Below are positions 18,977 to 30,209 of a stretch of 64,000 nt of DNA, in pieces. Each line of letters opens with the position of its first letter. Within the stretch, counting starts at the first letter, position 1. The stretch is from an uncultured Acidobacteriota bacterium (GTDB lineage Bacteria; Acidobacteriota; Vicinamibacteria; Marinacidobacterales; DATDRI01): contig CAVONV010000008.1 of assembly GCA_963697355.1 (NCBI GenBank), positions 206,764 to 270,763 of the forward strand, given 5' to 3'. The position numbers and the translations under genes are program-made. The notes beneath the pieces were generated by a model. The model did not search any database, had not been told where the DNA came from, and saw nothing but the letters and a program-made list of their open reading frames with translations.

Positions 18977-21151
18977 ATGCATTCGAGCATCAATCGTTTG
19001 GTTCGTTTTTCCGTCGCGCTGTTTTTTGTCTCCTCACTCGCGGCCGGATTCTCCCAGGAGACCGGATTAAGAGGATTTACGACCGATGAGACAGAGTCGC
19101 AACGGGAGTGGGAGAAGAAGTTTCGCGCCATTCCGCTGTCTTCGAACATCGTCGAGTACATGGAGGTGAGCTCAGCCGAACCGCACCATGCCGGAAGTCC
19201 GGGCAGTAGGAAGGTCGCCGAGTATATCCTCTCGCAGTATGAGTCCTGGGGTTTGAACGCGTGGATCGAGGAGCACGAAGCTTTGATGCCCATGCCGGTG
19301 GAGCGCGTCCTCGAGCTCGTTCACCCGGAGACCTATGTCGCCAAGCTCCATGAACCGGTGGTAGAGAGAGATGCCGACACAGCGGATTCAGGCCGGCTTC
19401 CCACGTTCAACGCCTACTCGGCGGACGGGGATGTCACGGCCGAGCTCGTCTATGTGAACTACGGCATCCCCGAAGACTACGAACGTTTGGCGGAGATGGG
19501 GATCGAAGTCGAGGGCAAGATCGCCATCGTCCGCTACGGGCGAAGCTGGCGCGGCATCAAAGCCAAAATGGCGCAGGAGCACGGTGCCGTCGGTTGCCTC
19601 ATCTACTCGGACCCCCAACAAGACGGCTACTTCCGGGGTGACGTGTATCCGGAAGGACCGTACCGTCCAGAACAGGGTGTCCAAAGGGGCAGCATCATGG
19701 ACATGCCGATTCATCCGGGCGATCCGCTCACCCCGGGGTGGGGCGCAGAGAAGGGCGGAAAGAAGCTGGACATCTCGGAAGCCAGAACGCTCGTCAAGAT
19801 ACCGGTGCTTCCCATTTCCTACGGAGACGCACTGCCCCTGCTCGAGAACATCGGCGGAGCGGTGGCCCCCGAGGACTGGCGGGGCGCGCTGCCCACCACG
19901 TACCACGTGGGTCCCGGCCCGGCCAAGGTGCACTTGAAGCTCGCCTTCGAGTGGAAGAACCGAACGCTCTATAACGTGTTGGCGCGGATCGACGGCGCGG
20001 TCTTTCCCGACGAATGGATCGTCCAGGGAAACCATCACGACGCCTGGGTCAACGGGGCCAACGATCCCACGAGCGGCAATGTGGCCATGATGGAATCGGC
20101 ACGGGCCATGGCCGAGCTTCAGAAGGAGGGTTGGAAGCCCAAGCGCACCATCCTATTCGCCTCTTGGGACGGCGAGGAGTGGGGGCTTCTGGGCTCGACG
20201 GAGTGGGGTGAGAAGCACGCCGAAGAGCTTCGCGATAAGGCGGTCCTGTATATCAATACGGACAGCAACGGCCGAGGGTGGTTATCCGCTTCCGGCAGTC
20301 ATTCGCTCCAGAAGACCATCAACGAGGTGGCGCGGGACATCACCGATCCCGAGACCGGGAAGAGTGTGTGGGAGGCGGCTCGTGAACGCCGCATCGATCA
20401 AGCCGGGTCCGAAGAGGAAGCGGCCGCCATCCGCGACCAGAGCGACCTGTCCATAGGTGCCCTCGGCTCGGGTTCGGACTACACGGTCTTCCTGGATCAC
20501 CTGAACGTGGCCTCCGTGAACGTGAGTTTCGGTGGTGCGGGAGGAGGCGGTGTCGGCCATTCCATTTACGATACGTTCGCCTATTACACGCGCTTCGTCG
20601 ATCCCGAGTTCACGTACCAGCGCGCGCTGTCTCAGACGGCCGGCACCATGATCCTTCGTATGGCAAACGCTACGGTACTTCCTTTCCACTTCGTCGACTA
20701 TGCCGATACGTTAGCCGGATACGTCGATGAGATTGAAGAGACATACCGACTCGAGCTAGGAGCACCGGCGTTTGATTTCGAGCCGCTACGGGAGGCGATC
20801 CGCGAGCTCCGACGTGCCGGTGAATCTTATGAGAGCACGCTGAGCCGTTTGCCCGCGAAGCTGGAACCTTCCGAACAGCTCGAGAAGCTCAACCGGCTAC
20901 TCTACAAATCAGAGCGTTTGCTCGGACACGAGAAAGGACTTCCGCAGAGGGAGTGGTTCCGACACCAGATTTATGCACCGGGATTTTTCACCGGCTACGG
21001 CGTAAAAACCATGCCGGGTATTCGAGAGGGGATTGAGGAGGAAACCTGGGACGTGGCCGAACAGTACTTGTCGATCGTGACCGAAGCGATCCGCGGATTG
21101 ACGTCCAACGTAGAAGACGCTCGAGCGACACTCGAGAAGCTCCTGAGTTAG
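18977..21151 (+). CDS. M28 peptidase, glutamate carboxypeptidase II-like (PA and TfR dimerisation domains)
   Basis: GNHHDAW, GANDPTSG, WDGEEWGLLGSTEW and GSGSDY motifs; signal peptide. Confidence 0.9.
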   Translation: MHSSINRLVRFSVALFFVSSLAAGFSQETGLRGFTTDETESQREWEKKFRAIPLSSNIVEYMEVSSAEPHHAGSPGSRKVAEYILSQYESWGLNAWIEEHEALMPMPVERVLELVHPETYVAKLHEPVVERDADTADSGRLPTFNAYSADGDVTAELVYVNYGIPEDYERLAEMGIEVEGKIAIVRYGRSWRGIKAKMAQEHGAVGCLIYSDPQQDGYFRGDVYPEGPYRPEQGVQRGSIMDMPIHPGDPLTPGWGAEKGGKKLDISEARTLVKIPVLPISYGDALPLLENIGGAVAPEDWRGALPTTYHVGPGPAKVHLKLAFEWKNRTLYNVLARIDGAVFPDEWIVQGNHHDAWVNGANDPTSGNVAMMESARAMAELQKEGWKPKRTILFASWDGEEWGLLGSTEWGEKHAEELRDKAVLYINTDSNGRGWLSASGSHSLQKTINEVARDITDPETGKSVWEAARERRIDQAGSEEEAAAIRDQSDLSIGALGSGSDYTVFLDHLNVASVNVSFGGAGGGGVGHSIYDTFAYYTRFVDPEFTYQRALSQTAGTMILRMANATVLPFHFVDYADTLAGYVDEIEETYRLELGAPAFDFEPLREAIRELRRAGESYESTLSRLPAKLEPSEQLEKLNRLLYKSERLLGHEKGLPQREWFRHQIYAPGFFTGYGVKTMPGIREGIEEETWDVAEQYLSIVTEAIRGLTSNVEDARATLEKLLS

Positions 21152-21362
21152 ACATGTCGTCCTTTCTGCGGTCGCTGTTGCTCTGAATCTCCTCCGTTCA
21201 CGCGGACACAAGCGCGCAGCACTTTCTCGGCGTCCGTAGCGATCGATTGTTAGAGTGCGTCGTTGCCACCTACTAGTGCAATCGCGCCCTGCGTGATTTG
21301 GGGCGCTTTTATAGAAGAGGACTCGGCAGGATCTGTCATTCGACTGCCTCCGGTCTCGGGCA

Positions 21363-22517
21363 TTAGAGGTTGATGGTGGAAGCCGGAACGTGGATTCGGT
21401 GCTCGACCACCGCGATGGCGACGACCCCGACGAATGCGATGGCGAGGCTAACCGCCGGCGGTAAACCGGAAACGGAAACGATGATGGTTGCAGTCGCGAT
21501 GGCGACGAGCATTCTGGGTCGCCAGAGTTTCTTAGTCGCTCGCCACAGCGCCAGTCCCATTCCACCCGTGAACAGTGCGACACCGAGCGCCAGCGCCAGG
21601 CGGCCGGCGAAGGAAAGGGCTTCTGCTGGGTGGAGGATCGCCTTCTCCACCGCAACTGCGAAGGCAATGACTCCAAGGGCCATCCCGAAGTGCAACAAGG
21701 AGAAGGCGTCGCGACCCATCCTCACACGAGCCGTTCCGGTGGCCGCCTCAAAGGCCGCGTCAAGCGTCGGTTTCGCGCATGCGAAGTAGCTCCACCAAAG
21801 TGCGCAGGTCGCGGCCACCGCAAGCGTGGCAACTGCGCTCAGGCTCACGGTTACTTTGGCGCCGGCAAGTCCACCGGCCGCGACGATGAGCGATTCGCCA
21901 AGCGCGATAATCACGAAAAGGCCGTGCCGCTCCGCGAAGTGCTCTGGATGTAAATCCCAATCTCCTACCTCTCCGCCGATGAGCGCGGCAATGATGTCGA
22001 GCAGGATGGCCAACCCCCATAGCCAGTAGGTGGTAGACCCGCCCGAGTGCCCGCCACCCAAAACGGCCGCGAGCCCTCCCACCGACAGCAGCGCAAAGGT
22101 CTTCACCGCCGTGCGGTGTTCCGGGCTCGATTCCCAGGAGACGCGGACGTAGAGGGCGAGCCCGATCACCCGGACTAGAACGTACGGAATGGCGAACCAC
22201 AAGGAACCGCCGGAAAAGGCATTGGGGATGCCCGCCGCCATGAAGAAAGCGACGGCGGTAGCGACGAGGGTCGCGAGTTCGACCGACGGATGCGTCGTGT
22301 CCGCCGCGTTGAGGGCCCAGGTGAACTGCGTCCAACCCCACCAGACCAGCCAGAAGACCAGTATGGTTTGTCCGACGCCGGTCCAATCCAGGTGGTGGTG
22401 GAGAAGTCCGACGATTTGCGTCACCGAGAAGACGAACACGAGATCGAAAAACAGCTCGACGAACGTAACGCGCTGATCCTCGGGTGACAGTATGGATCGG
22501 TGGGCAGCCTTTCCCAT
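21363..22517 (-). CDS. ltrA: Low temperature requirement protein A family membrane protein
   Basis: ELFFDLVFVF and HFAERHGLFVIIALGES motifs. Confidence 0.85.
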   Translation of the reverse strand: MGKAAHRSILSPEDQRVTFVELFFDLVFVFSVTQIVGLLHHHLDWTGVGQTILVFWLVWWGWTQFTWALNAADTTHPSVELATLVATAVAFFMAAGIPNAFSGGSLWFAIPYVLVRVIGLALYVRVSWESSPEHRTAVKTFALLSVGGLAAVLGGGHSGGSTTYWLWGLAILLDIIAALIGGEVGDWDLHPEHFAERHGLFVIIALGESLIVAAGGLAGAKVTVSLSAVATLAVAATCALWWSYFACAKPTLDAAFEAATGTARVRMGRDAFSLLHFGMALGVIAFAVAVEKAILHPAEALSFAGRLALALGVALFTGGMGLALWRATKKLWRPRMLVAIATATIIVSVSGLPPAVSLAIAFVGVVAIAVVEHRIHVPASTINL

Positions 22518-22911
22518 TCCACTCTCCTCGCTCGAGACAAGAAACTGCAGGATAGAGAATTCGCGTTCGTCCCGCAAGTCATGTTGTGCGTTCAACGTTT
22601 GGTAACGCGTATGGCGGAGACCTCTCCGTCTATATTTCTATTTCTATTGGTGTACTCGTATCCTCGAATTTTGGGCCAGCTACCATTCGAAGGCCTCCGT
22701 AACGCATGTTGGGGACGACAATTTGCCTCACTTTTTTGTTGAGGCGAACCCAAAGTACGTCAGGATGTGAACGATGTCGTCACTCTCACGAATCGGGAGG
22801 TAACGGAAGGGAAAGGGATTGTGTCGAGGCACTTCGACCGGCACACATGAATGTCGGGCGCATGAATTTACTATTATAATCGGCTCTCGAATCACAATAA
22901 GGAGACCGACC

Positions 22912-24471
22912 ATGATGAGACGATGGATCCTATTGGCCGCTGTGGCCATCACCGCGTGTGCGAGTCCCGAGACGACCACCGAGCCTCCCAGCAACGAGGA
23001 CACCCTCGTCTGGGCGGCGACACTCGACTGCGATCGCCTCAATCCCGTTGTCAACGAATGGAACGAAGCCAGCGCGCTCATCGTGTCGAGGCTCATCACT
23101 ATCAACCTTTCGGGACAGATCGAAGGGGACCTGGCGGACCACTGGGAGGTCTCGGAAGACCATCAGACGCATACGTTTGGGCTCCGGTCCGGTGTAACCT
23201 GGCACGATGGACGGTCCTTTACGAGTGATGACGTTGTCTTCACCTTCGACGAGATCATGAAACCGAATGCGCGGTCCGATAAGCGTCTCAACCTGGGACC
23301 AATTGAATCTTACGAGGCCCCCGATCCCCAGACTTTCGTGATCCACTTGAGCTCACCACACACGTCTTTGACCACGCCCCTGGCGGACCTCGGCATCTTG
23401 CCCCGACATGTCTTCGAAGACGGCAGCTTCGATGACGATACGGTGTTCGACTCGAGTCCCATCGGGACAGGCCCCTTTCGTTTCGTGAGTCGAGAAAACG
23501 GCGAAGTGGTTTTTGAGGCAAACGAAAACTACTTTCGGGGCGCGCCGAAGATATCGCGACTCGTGGTCCGTCCGATCACGAACGACGACGCGCGCGCCGA
23601 AGCGGTACTGTCGGGAACCATCGACATCGCTCAGGTCACGCCCAATCACGTGTCCCTCCTCGCCCAGAGTCCATCACTCGAAATCCACCGCTTTCGCACC
23701 GGCGTGTGGCGGAGCATGGTGATGAACGTGAGTCGTCCTATCCTGCAGGACGCCAGGGTACGACACGCCATCTCACTTGGCCTCGACCGAGAAGCCATGG
23801 TGGAACAAGGTCTCAACGGAATGGGACAGGCGGCCTACTGGGCGGTGCCACCGGCAAACTGGGCCTACCCTCATGACGCTCCGACGCCCGGTCGCGACGT
23901 CGAAAAGGCCGCGGCGCTTTTGGACGAAGCGGGATGGAAGGCCGGCGCGGACGGTAAACGCTCTCGTGAGGGCCAACCTCTTGAGATGACCATCATTTCG
24001 CTTCAAGATGAGATCTTCCGCCGGACCGCGGGAGAAATTGCCCATAAGAATCTCGAAGAGATCGGCTTCGTCGTCGAGCTCAACAAAGTCGATCGCGAAA
24101 CCTACGGTCAACTCGGCAGCGACCTCGGTCCCGACAACGATGCACTCATCGCCGGTTGGTCAGCGCTGACCGATCCGGGCGACAATTTGACCAAAAAATA
24201 CCGTACCGGCGGCAGCCAAAACGGCATGGGCTACTCCAATCCCGAGCTCGATGAGATTTTGGACCGGGCCGTTGCCGAACTCGACCGGGACAAAGCCCGA
24301 AAGATCTACCTACAGGCCCTCGAGATCATCACCGAAGAAGCCAGCAACATTCCTCTAGCTTATCCCGACTATGTCTTCGTCACCCGAAAGAGCGTGACCG
24401 GCGTGGGCGATTTCATTTTGGACAACTTCTACGAGTTCACGCGTTTTGCTTATTTATTTGGGAAGGAGTGA
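22912..24471 (+). CDS. ABC transporter substrate-binding lipoprotein, family 5
   Basis: Lipobox ITAC, LRSGVTWHDG, PIGTGPF and VRHAI motifs. Confidence 0.9.
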   Translation: MMRRWILLAAVAITACASPETTTEPPSNEDTLVWAATLDCDRLNPVVNEWNEASALIVSRLITINLSGQIEGDLADHWEVSEDHQTHTFGLRSGVTWHDGRSFTSDDVVFTFDEIMKPNARSDKRLNLGPIESYEAPDPQTFVIHLSSPHTSLTTPLADLGILPRHVFEDGSFDDDTVFDSSPIGTGPFRFVSRENGEVVFEANENYFRGAPKISRLVVRPITNDDARAEAVLSGTIDIAQVTPNHVSLLAQSPSLEIHRFRTGVWRSMVMNVSRPILQDARVRHAISLGLDREAMVEQGLNGMGQAAYWAVPPANWAYPHDAPTPGRDVEKAAALLDEAGWKAGADGKRSREGQPLEMTIISLQDEIFRRTAGEIAHKNLEEIGFVVELNKVDRETYGQLGSDLGPDNDALIAGWSALTDPGDNLTKKYRTGGSQNGMGYSNPELDEILDRAVAELDRDKARKIYLQALEIITEEASNIPLAYPDYVFVTRKSVTGVGDFILDNFYEFTRFAYLFGKE

Positions 24472-24679
24472 TGGATCGGATCAGACGGCTTCGATCCGGA
24501 GGCGTTCCGCCCCGGTGGAGAGCCTGGATTGGCCGCCTCGTCCCGGGACGATCTGGTGCGCTTCAACCGGGCTTCAGCAAAAACGCATAGTGGGATCTGA
24601 CGTGACCGGGCCGTGAGGAAGCGGAGGACGGAGGTCGACGCCCAGTTGGGCTGGATCGTCCGAATCGGGCAATGAAAAG

Positions 24680-25203
24680 GGGTGCCGACTCCTCTCACCC
24701 GAGCCGTCATCGGTCAGACACACCAGATCGAGACAGGGGCTCGGTCGTTGGATCGTGAAAACATGGCGGGTGATACTCGATGTGAACCTGAACGGTGTCT
24801 TCAACGTCTCCCAGGCGGCTGTACCAGGGATGAAAGCGGCGGCGCGGGGTCGGATCATCAACATCTCTTCGGGAGCCGGGCTCCGGGTTAGTCTGACGGG
24901 GATTCAGTCCTATGCATCCGCCAAAGCGGGCCTCATCGGCCTGACCCGACGGCTGGCCCACGAGCTGGGGCCAAACGGGGGATTACTGTAAACTGCGTGG
25001 CCCCCGGGTTTGTACGATGTAATCCCACGACGGAGAAGCAGTGGGAGGCGTACGGCGAGGAGGGCCAACAGCGACTGGTGGCGTCCATCGCCACCCGGCG
25101 GCTGGGGAAGCCTGAAGATATCGCTCACGCTGTGACGTTCCTGGCTTCGGACTACGCCTCCTGGATCACCGGACAGACTCTCGCCGTTGACGGAGGGCGC
25201 TGA
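24680..25203 (+). pseudogene. SDR-family oxidoreductase, truncated and frameshifted
   Basis: VNLNG, INISS, YASAKAG, APGF and ITGQTLAVDGG in two frames; NAD-binding N-terminus missing. Confidence 0.75.
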
Positions 25204-25247
25204 TCGAGGGGGTTTGGTCCAAAGGCTCGCAGCCGTGGAGAACCCAT

Positions 25248-25466
25248 ATGATCGAAACCGAAACCACTAAAGCTGCAAAAAGACTCTTCCCCTTGATGTG
25301 TCTTCTCCTTGTCTCATGCTCACAAGGTCCACAAGAACAAATAGGGAGCAGGGACCAGGCGCTAGGGGAAACGCCGCAACTCGCGGCCGGTGCGATCGAC
25401 GATTACTTACGCTATAAGATGCGGAAGCTGGGAATCCCGTTCAGAAAATACCAACGGCTGCGGTGA
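25248..25466 (+). pseudogene. Lipoprotein N-terminal fragment (serine hydrolase-like)
   Basis: Lipobox LVSC; IDDYLRYKMRKLGIP resembles beta-lactamase-family N-termini. Confidence 0.5.
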
Positions 25467-25689
25467 ATCTTCAGCGTGGGGAGGTTGAGCTAGCGTTGAC
25501 CCACCGCTTGGAGCTCGCCGGAGCAGCTTCGCGAAGGGTGGCACTCATGATGATACGTGGCACCCAAAATCCGTCCGCAGGAGAGGACGCCCCGCCCGCG
25601 GGCGAGGACGCTCGGAGCGCACCTCGTCCCGGTCCTGCTGTTCGAAAGGGGCAATAGCCTCGGCACGGTTCTTGCTATTTTCCTGAAGC

Positions 25690-26631
25690 ATGATGATGAA
25701 ACAACGCCTCGTATGTGCCACACTTCCCCTGCTCGCGCTCGTCATTGCCGCCGGCCCCGTCCGTGCGATGGAGGGTCGAGCGTGGGGAGACATCCACGTC
25801 CAGACCTTGGACGGCGCGACCTACGAATTCCAGTCGGCCGGTGAGTACGTAGCGAGTCGCTCGACGGCTGGGGATCTCGAGGTCCAGCTCCGCCTCGAGT
25901 CGACGGGTTTCTCGAACTACGTGTCGATTGCCACCGCGGTGGCCGTGCTGGTCGACACGAGTCGAGCCTCGGTGGCCCTGAGGCGAGAGCCGATGCTCTC
26001 CGTCGAAGGACAGCCGGTGACGCTGTCGCCCGGCAGCAGCCTCAATCTACCTGAAGGGGGGCGGATCGAGCGCTCGAAGAACGGGTACGAATTCTTCTGG
26101 AGCGACGGCTCGATTTTGTTCATCGACGTACGCAAGGGGCACCTCAATGCCTTCTTGAGGCCTGCCTTGACCCGTCGGAGCACGCTCTCGGGCCTTTTCG
26201 GCAACTTCAACGGGAATGCCATGGACGACGTCGACGCCGCGACTGCCATCGGCGCCCTCGGCTCGGGGACTGACTCGGCTCTGCACGCTGGCCTCACCGA
26301 GCTGGCACGGAGCCTGTTGCTCGACGACGACAACGGCTGGCTCGTGTCTCAGCAGACGTCTCTCTTCGAGTACGCGCCGGGGCAGAGCACGCGGACGTTC
26401 CGGAGGCCGACGCCGAAAAGAGAAGCCAGCGTGGACGGCCTTCCCGTCAGCTGGCGGCGACAAGCGCGAACGGCGTGCGAGAAAGCTGGCGTCACCGATC
26501 GTGATCTGCTGGAGGCATGCATCGTCGATGTCGGCTACACGCGTGACGAGAGCTTCGCCGAAACCGCCGCGGCCGTTCAGGCGCGAAACGACCCCAACTG
26601 GGTGACCGACATGGACAGGCGCCGCCGGTAG
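25690..26631 (+). CDS. Secreted VWD (von Willebrand D) domain protein
   Basis: WGDIHVQTLDG..YEFQ..GEY, GLFGNFNG..DD and ACIVDV motifs. Confidence 0.75.
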   Translation: MMMKQRLVCATLPLLALVIAAGPVRAMEGRAWGDIHVQTLDGATYEFQSAGEYVASRSTAGDLEVQLRLESTGFSNYVSIATAVAVLVDTSRASVALRREPMLSVEGQPVTLSPGSSLNLPEGGRIERSKNGYEFFWSDGSILFIDVRKGHLNAFLRPALTRRSTLSGLFGNFNGNAMDDVDAATAIGALGSGTDSALHAGLTELARSLLLDDDNGWLVSQQTSLFEYAPGQSTRTFRRPTPKREASVDGLPVSWRRQARTACEKAGVTDRDLLEACIVDVGYTRDESFAETAAAVQARNDPNWVTDMDRRRR

Positions 26632-26665
26632 CTGATCTGGCCCCAGAGCGGCCTTTGTGAGCGGA

Positions 26666-26893
26666 CTAACGAAAACAACTTTTGCTTGCCGTCAGTTCCC
26701 AGGTGTCGCGGGTCGTTTTGTAGCGGAGCAGGTAGATCTTATCGTTTCCTCCCTTCACCCTGAAGTAACGATATTCGGGCTCGAGCCAGCGGTCCACGAC
26801 TTCGGCTACTTCCACGCGAAGGTCTCCAATCTCGAATCGTCGAGGCGCTTCCTCGCCCCGATGGCCCGCGTAGCATTCGACTCGAATCGGCAT
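26666..26893 (-). CDS. Conserved small hypothetical protein
   Basis: VECYAGHRGEE.PRRF...DRWLEPEYRYFRV. Confidence 0.6.
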   Translation of the reverse strand: MPIRVECYAGHRGEEAPRRFEIGDLRVEVAEVVDRWLEPEYRYFRVKGGNDKIYLLRYKTTRDTWELTASKSCFR

Positions 26894-26971
26894 TCCGATG
26901 TCTCTTTCCAGAGCATCTTAGCATGATGGTTAGTAGGACTTGCTCGTGGTCCGCGAAAACCTGGAAGACAA

Positions 26972-28126
26972 CTAGAGCGCGTTGGAAAGAATTTCCGTCA
27001 ATTCTTCCGTGGTGAGCTGGATCGGATTCGCCTTCATGCTGCTGGCGCGGGATGCTTTTTGTACAATGGCCGAAACATCGTCTGGACGAAGACCATACGC
27101 CGCCAAGGTGGGAATGCCAAGTTCCTCACAGGTGCGAAACGCCCATTCGATGCCGTCTTCAGTCCGGGCGTTGTCGCTTCCGGTCAATAGGCGCGCGACC
27201 GTTTGATAACGTTTGAGCTTGTCGGAATCCTCACCGCGTTCGCGCAACGCTTGGATGTTGCCTCGCATGCCGTGAGGTAGGATCGCCGCACACACGGCGC
27301 CGTGAGGTGCCGTGAACATACCGCCCACCGGCGCTGCGAACCCGTGCACCACTCCGAGCCCGGCGTTCGCCAGCGACAATCCGCCCATGAGACTCGCCAT
27401 CGCCATGTCGTTTCGTGCCTCGGCGTCACTGCCATCTTCATAGGCACGTTTCAACGAACGCGCAGCGCGGCGAATTCCTTCCAAGCAGTAGAGATCGGTC
27501 AAGGCGTTGGAACGAGACGAGACGTAGGGTTCGATCAGCTGCGTGAGGGCATCGAGTCCCGTGGTTGCCGTCACTGCCGGCGGGACGTCTACGGTTAGTT
27601 CCGGATCGACGACCGCCAAGTCGGGAAGCATCAGCGGGCTGCGAAGGCTGGCCTTGACGCCATGCTCCGGCGAGCCCAGTACGGCGTTCCGCGTAACTTC
27701 TGAGCCGGTACCGGCCGTAGTCGGTACCGCAATGAAGGGCGCTGGCGAACGCTCGAGCTTCCGTCCCTCTCCAATCACTTCCATGTAATCGAGCGGATCC
27801 CCAGCGTTGCCGATGAGTGCCGCAATGGCCTTGCCGGCATCAACCGCGCTGCCCCCGCCCACGCTCACGACGACGTCGCAACGTTCGGTGCGGGCCAGCT
27901 CGGCGCCTTCACGCGCTGTCTGTATCGTCGGCTCACCCGTGACAGAAAACGGCACATAGCGTATACCTAAGGCATCCAATTCCTCTGTGACGGTCGCCGC
28001 CCGCGCTTTGGAGTGGCCGGTCACCAGTAAGGCACACGTTCCCATCGACCGCGCTGCGGGTGCTACCTCCCGGACCGTGCCTGGACCGAAGACAATCCTG
28101 CTTGCCGTGGCGAGCTCGAACCGCAT
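26972..28126 (-). CDS. Iron-containing alcohol dehydrogenase
   Basis: GGGSAVD, PTTAGTGSE and GVVHGFA motifs. Confidence 0.9.
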   Translation of the reverse strand: MRFELATASRIVFGPGTVREVAPAARSMGTCALLVTGHSKARAATVTEELDALGIRYVPFSVTGEPTIQTAREGAELARTERCDVVVSVGGGSAVDAGKAIAALIGNAGDPLDYMEVIGEGRKLERSPAPFIAVPTTAGTGSEVTRNAVLGSPEHGVKASLRSPLMLPDLAVVDPELTVDVPPAVTATTGLDALTQLIEPYVSSRSNALTDLYCLEGIRRAARSLKRAYEDGSDAEARNDMAMASLMGGLSLANAGLGVVHGFAAPVGGMFTAPHGAVCAAILPHGMRGNIQALRERGEDSDKLKRYQTVARLLTGSDNARTEDGIEWAFRTCEELGIPTLAAYGLRPDDVSAIVQKASRASSMKANPIQLTTEELTEILSNAL

Positions 28127-28136
28127 CGTTAACCCC

Positions 28137-28442
28137 TCACCAGCCCTCGTCGTCGGGAAAGGCATTGGTGAACTTCACCGCTTGTCGCGGCTCGGCCATC
28201 ATGTCCGCGACGGTGTCCCGCCACTTTCTATAGTGGGCAGTCTCCTTGTGCCGGGCCGGATCGTCGGCCGTCCGATAAACCTCGACCAATATGAAGCGGG
28301 TCGGGTCATCGTTTTGTTGAATCACGTCGAACCGGGCGACTCCCGACTCGTGGATGCTGTTGCTAGCGTTTTCAATACTGGCTTCGCGGAAAGCGCCGAC
28401 AGAATCCGGTTTCACGTGCACGTGTACATGGACCACCAGCAT
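28137..28442 (-). CDS. ABM-family monooxygenase (LsrG-like)
   Basis: E.G..RFDV.Q...F.L.EVY...HKET.HY..WR. Confidence 0.85.
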   Translation of the reverse strand: MLVVHVHVHVKPDSVGAFREASIENASNSIHESGVARFDVIQQNDDPTRFILVEVYRTADDPARHKETAHYRKWRDTVADMMAEPRQAVKFTNAFPDDEGW

Positions 28443-28940
28443 GATTCCAACCTCCGGCCTTATTATTGTCGCAAAACAGTCGAATATTCGAGCCCTGGGA
28501 TGACCATGTTAAGAATGAGACTGATATGTACGGTGAGTGACCAACGGTAGCCGCAGCCTGTTTAGTATCCAGCCCAGGTCAAATGAACGTGCGGAGCTTT
28601 TCGCCATGACCCAAGAGCGTGCCCGAGCTGGCGAAAAATGGATAGAAGGGCTTGCGGGCGACATTCTGCAAAAGACCGTAGCCGAGATTAGCGACCCCGC
28701 TCACTTGTGGAAGAATCGGCATAAAACCAAGGGGCCGAGACAACGCGACGAATTCACGGGGGGCCTTTCCACCGAGGACAAGGACGCCCTCTACCTTCAA
28801 GTCAACCGCAAGATATACGCCAACCGGGCGGACGAGCCGATTCCCGCCCTCCGCAACAAAACGCCTTCGGGAAGCGATCCGCAGTAAACCTGTTCGGCCT
28901 GGATCTGCTCTACTGATCGTGTCTCTCCCGAACGTAATCT

Positions 28941-29210
28941 TCAAACGATACCAGCGAGCAGAACACCTCGATCCGAATTCCATAGCTTCCAGAGATCCCC
29001 CTCTCGGGCCACTTCCACCTCCTGCTCGGACGGATCGAGAATGTAGACGACGCCCTCACGATAGGTTCGTTCCAGAAGAAGAAGCCTGCGACCGTCCGGC
29101 CTCTTGAGCAGTGCCGTCGCGAGCGTTGTCGCATGTCTGCGATGCTCGATCTCGAGTCCGGCGAGCTCGCCGAGTAGCTGGATGAGGGAATTCGTTGTGG
29201 ATTCCATCAC
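28941..29210 (-). CDS. Hypothetical protein (copy 1)
   Basis: 89 aa; near-identical copy at 34519-34788; AGGAG RBS. Confidence 0.7.
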   Translation of the reverse strand: MMESTTNSLIQLLGELAGLEIEHRRHATTLATALLKRPDGRRLLLLERTYREGVVYILDPSEQEVEVAREGDLWKLWNSDRGVLLAGIV

Positions 29211-29259
29211 GGGCTCCTTCCCATGCGAGAAGAACTATCGGCTCCATGCACCGATCATC

Positions 29260-29970
29260 TCACCTCAATCCATATAGGTAGAGAAGTGCAGCGTAGCCGC
29301 TCGGGAGAACCTGCGGAGGTTTCTCCAAGGAGCCGTAGCGCAAGGCCATCTCGAGAAAGAATCGCGCATGAAAGAATGCTTCGAGAATGGGACGGGCTGC
29401 CCTCGTCCAGTGCCTGTTGTCCTCGGACCGAAACTCCCTTCCCGTCCCCGCCGCCACGATCTCTAGAAACCAAGAATTGAGCTCACTTTCCGGCGAGAGC
29501 TTTCGAAGTAAATCCACGATCGCCTTTGTCTTATCCTGCAAGAAGTACACTTTGTAGCTCTGGTGATAGTAACGATAGACGGGATCCTCGTAGCCCCATT
29601 GGTCGTTCGCCTTTGCCAGCAACTCTTCTATGTCCCTGCGGTAGATGCGAAGGCTTCTCAGCAGCTCGGATTCGGCAGAACTCTTGTCCGTGGTGGGCCG
29701 GAGCAGCTCCTCCCCAGAGTTTTCTTCATCGCCCTCGTATTCGCGGCAGCCCTGATGCTCGAACGTCAGCAGGCCCGCTCGAGGCGACGCCCTGTTGTAG
29801 CAGATGCCCCAGTCGTAGCGAAGCTTGCCTTCGAGCGGGACGAACCACCGACAACCGCAGCTACAGTCAGGCCCCCAGTCATGATCTCGGGATCGCTCCC
29901 CCCAAGGCACGAAATCGGAAGGCAGCTTCTTGACAATGGCGTGCAGTGCATCGTGTCGGGGGTCGGTCAT
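29260..29970 (-). CDS. DUF3027-like Cys-rich domain fused to an uncharacterised domain
   Basis: DCSCGCRWFVPLEG...WGICYN..SP..G......GC; GAGGAGG RBS. Confidence 0.6.
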   Translation of the reverse strand: MTDPRHDALHAIVKKLPSDFVPWGERSRDHDWGPDCSCGCRWFVPLEGKLRYDWGICYNRASPRAGLLTFEHQGCREYEGDEENSGEELLRPTTDKSSAESELLRSLRIYRRDIEELLAKANDQWGYEDPVYRYYHQSYKVYFLQDKTKAIVDLLRKLSPESELNSWFLEIVAAGTGREFRSEDNRHWTRAARPILEAFFHARFFLEMALRYGSLEKPPQVLPSGYAALLYLYGLR

Positions 29971-30209
29971 GCTCTCGCGCCTCCTCATCGTCGGGAGTCT
30001 CTCTCTACTCGTTCAGCACAGTGAAGTCAATCTTAACGCTGCAGACCGCGTCCGCGACGAGATTGGAGGAGTTGCTCGCTATACTTCAACAGGTCTCAAG
30101 GCAAAGAGGTCTAGCCCGACCTGTCTGTCGTGAGAAATCGATGGCTCGGCAGGGCTTGCCGGGGTACGGAACATCCGGCGAAATGAGTCTTATGAAATGG
30201 GAAGTGTGA

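Noticed and set aside
25430-25490. Resemblance to an IS200/IS605 right end (GGAATCCC...GGGGAGG)
   Set aside because: Weak match and no tnpA/tnpB nearby.
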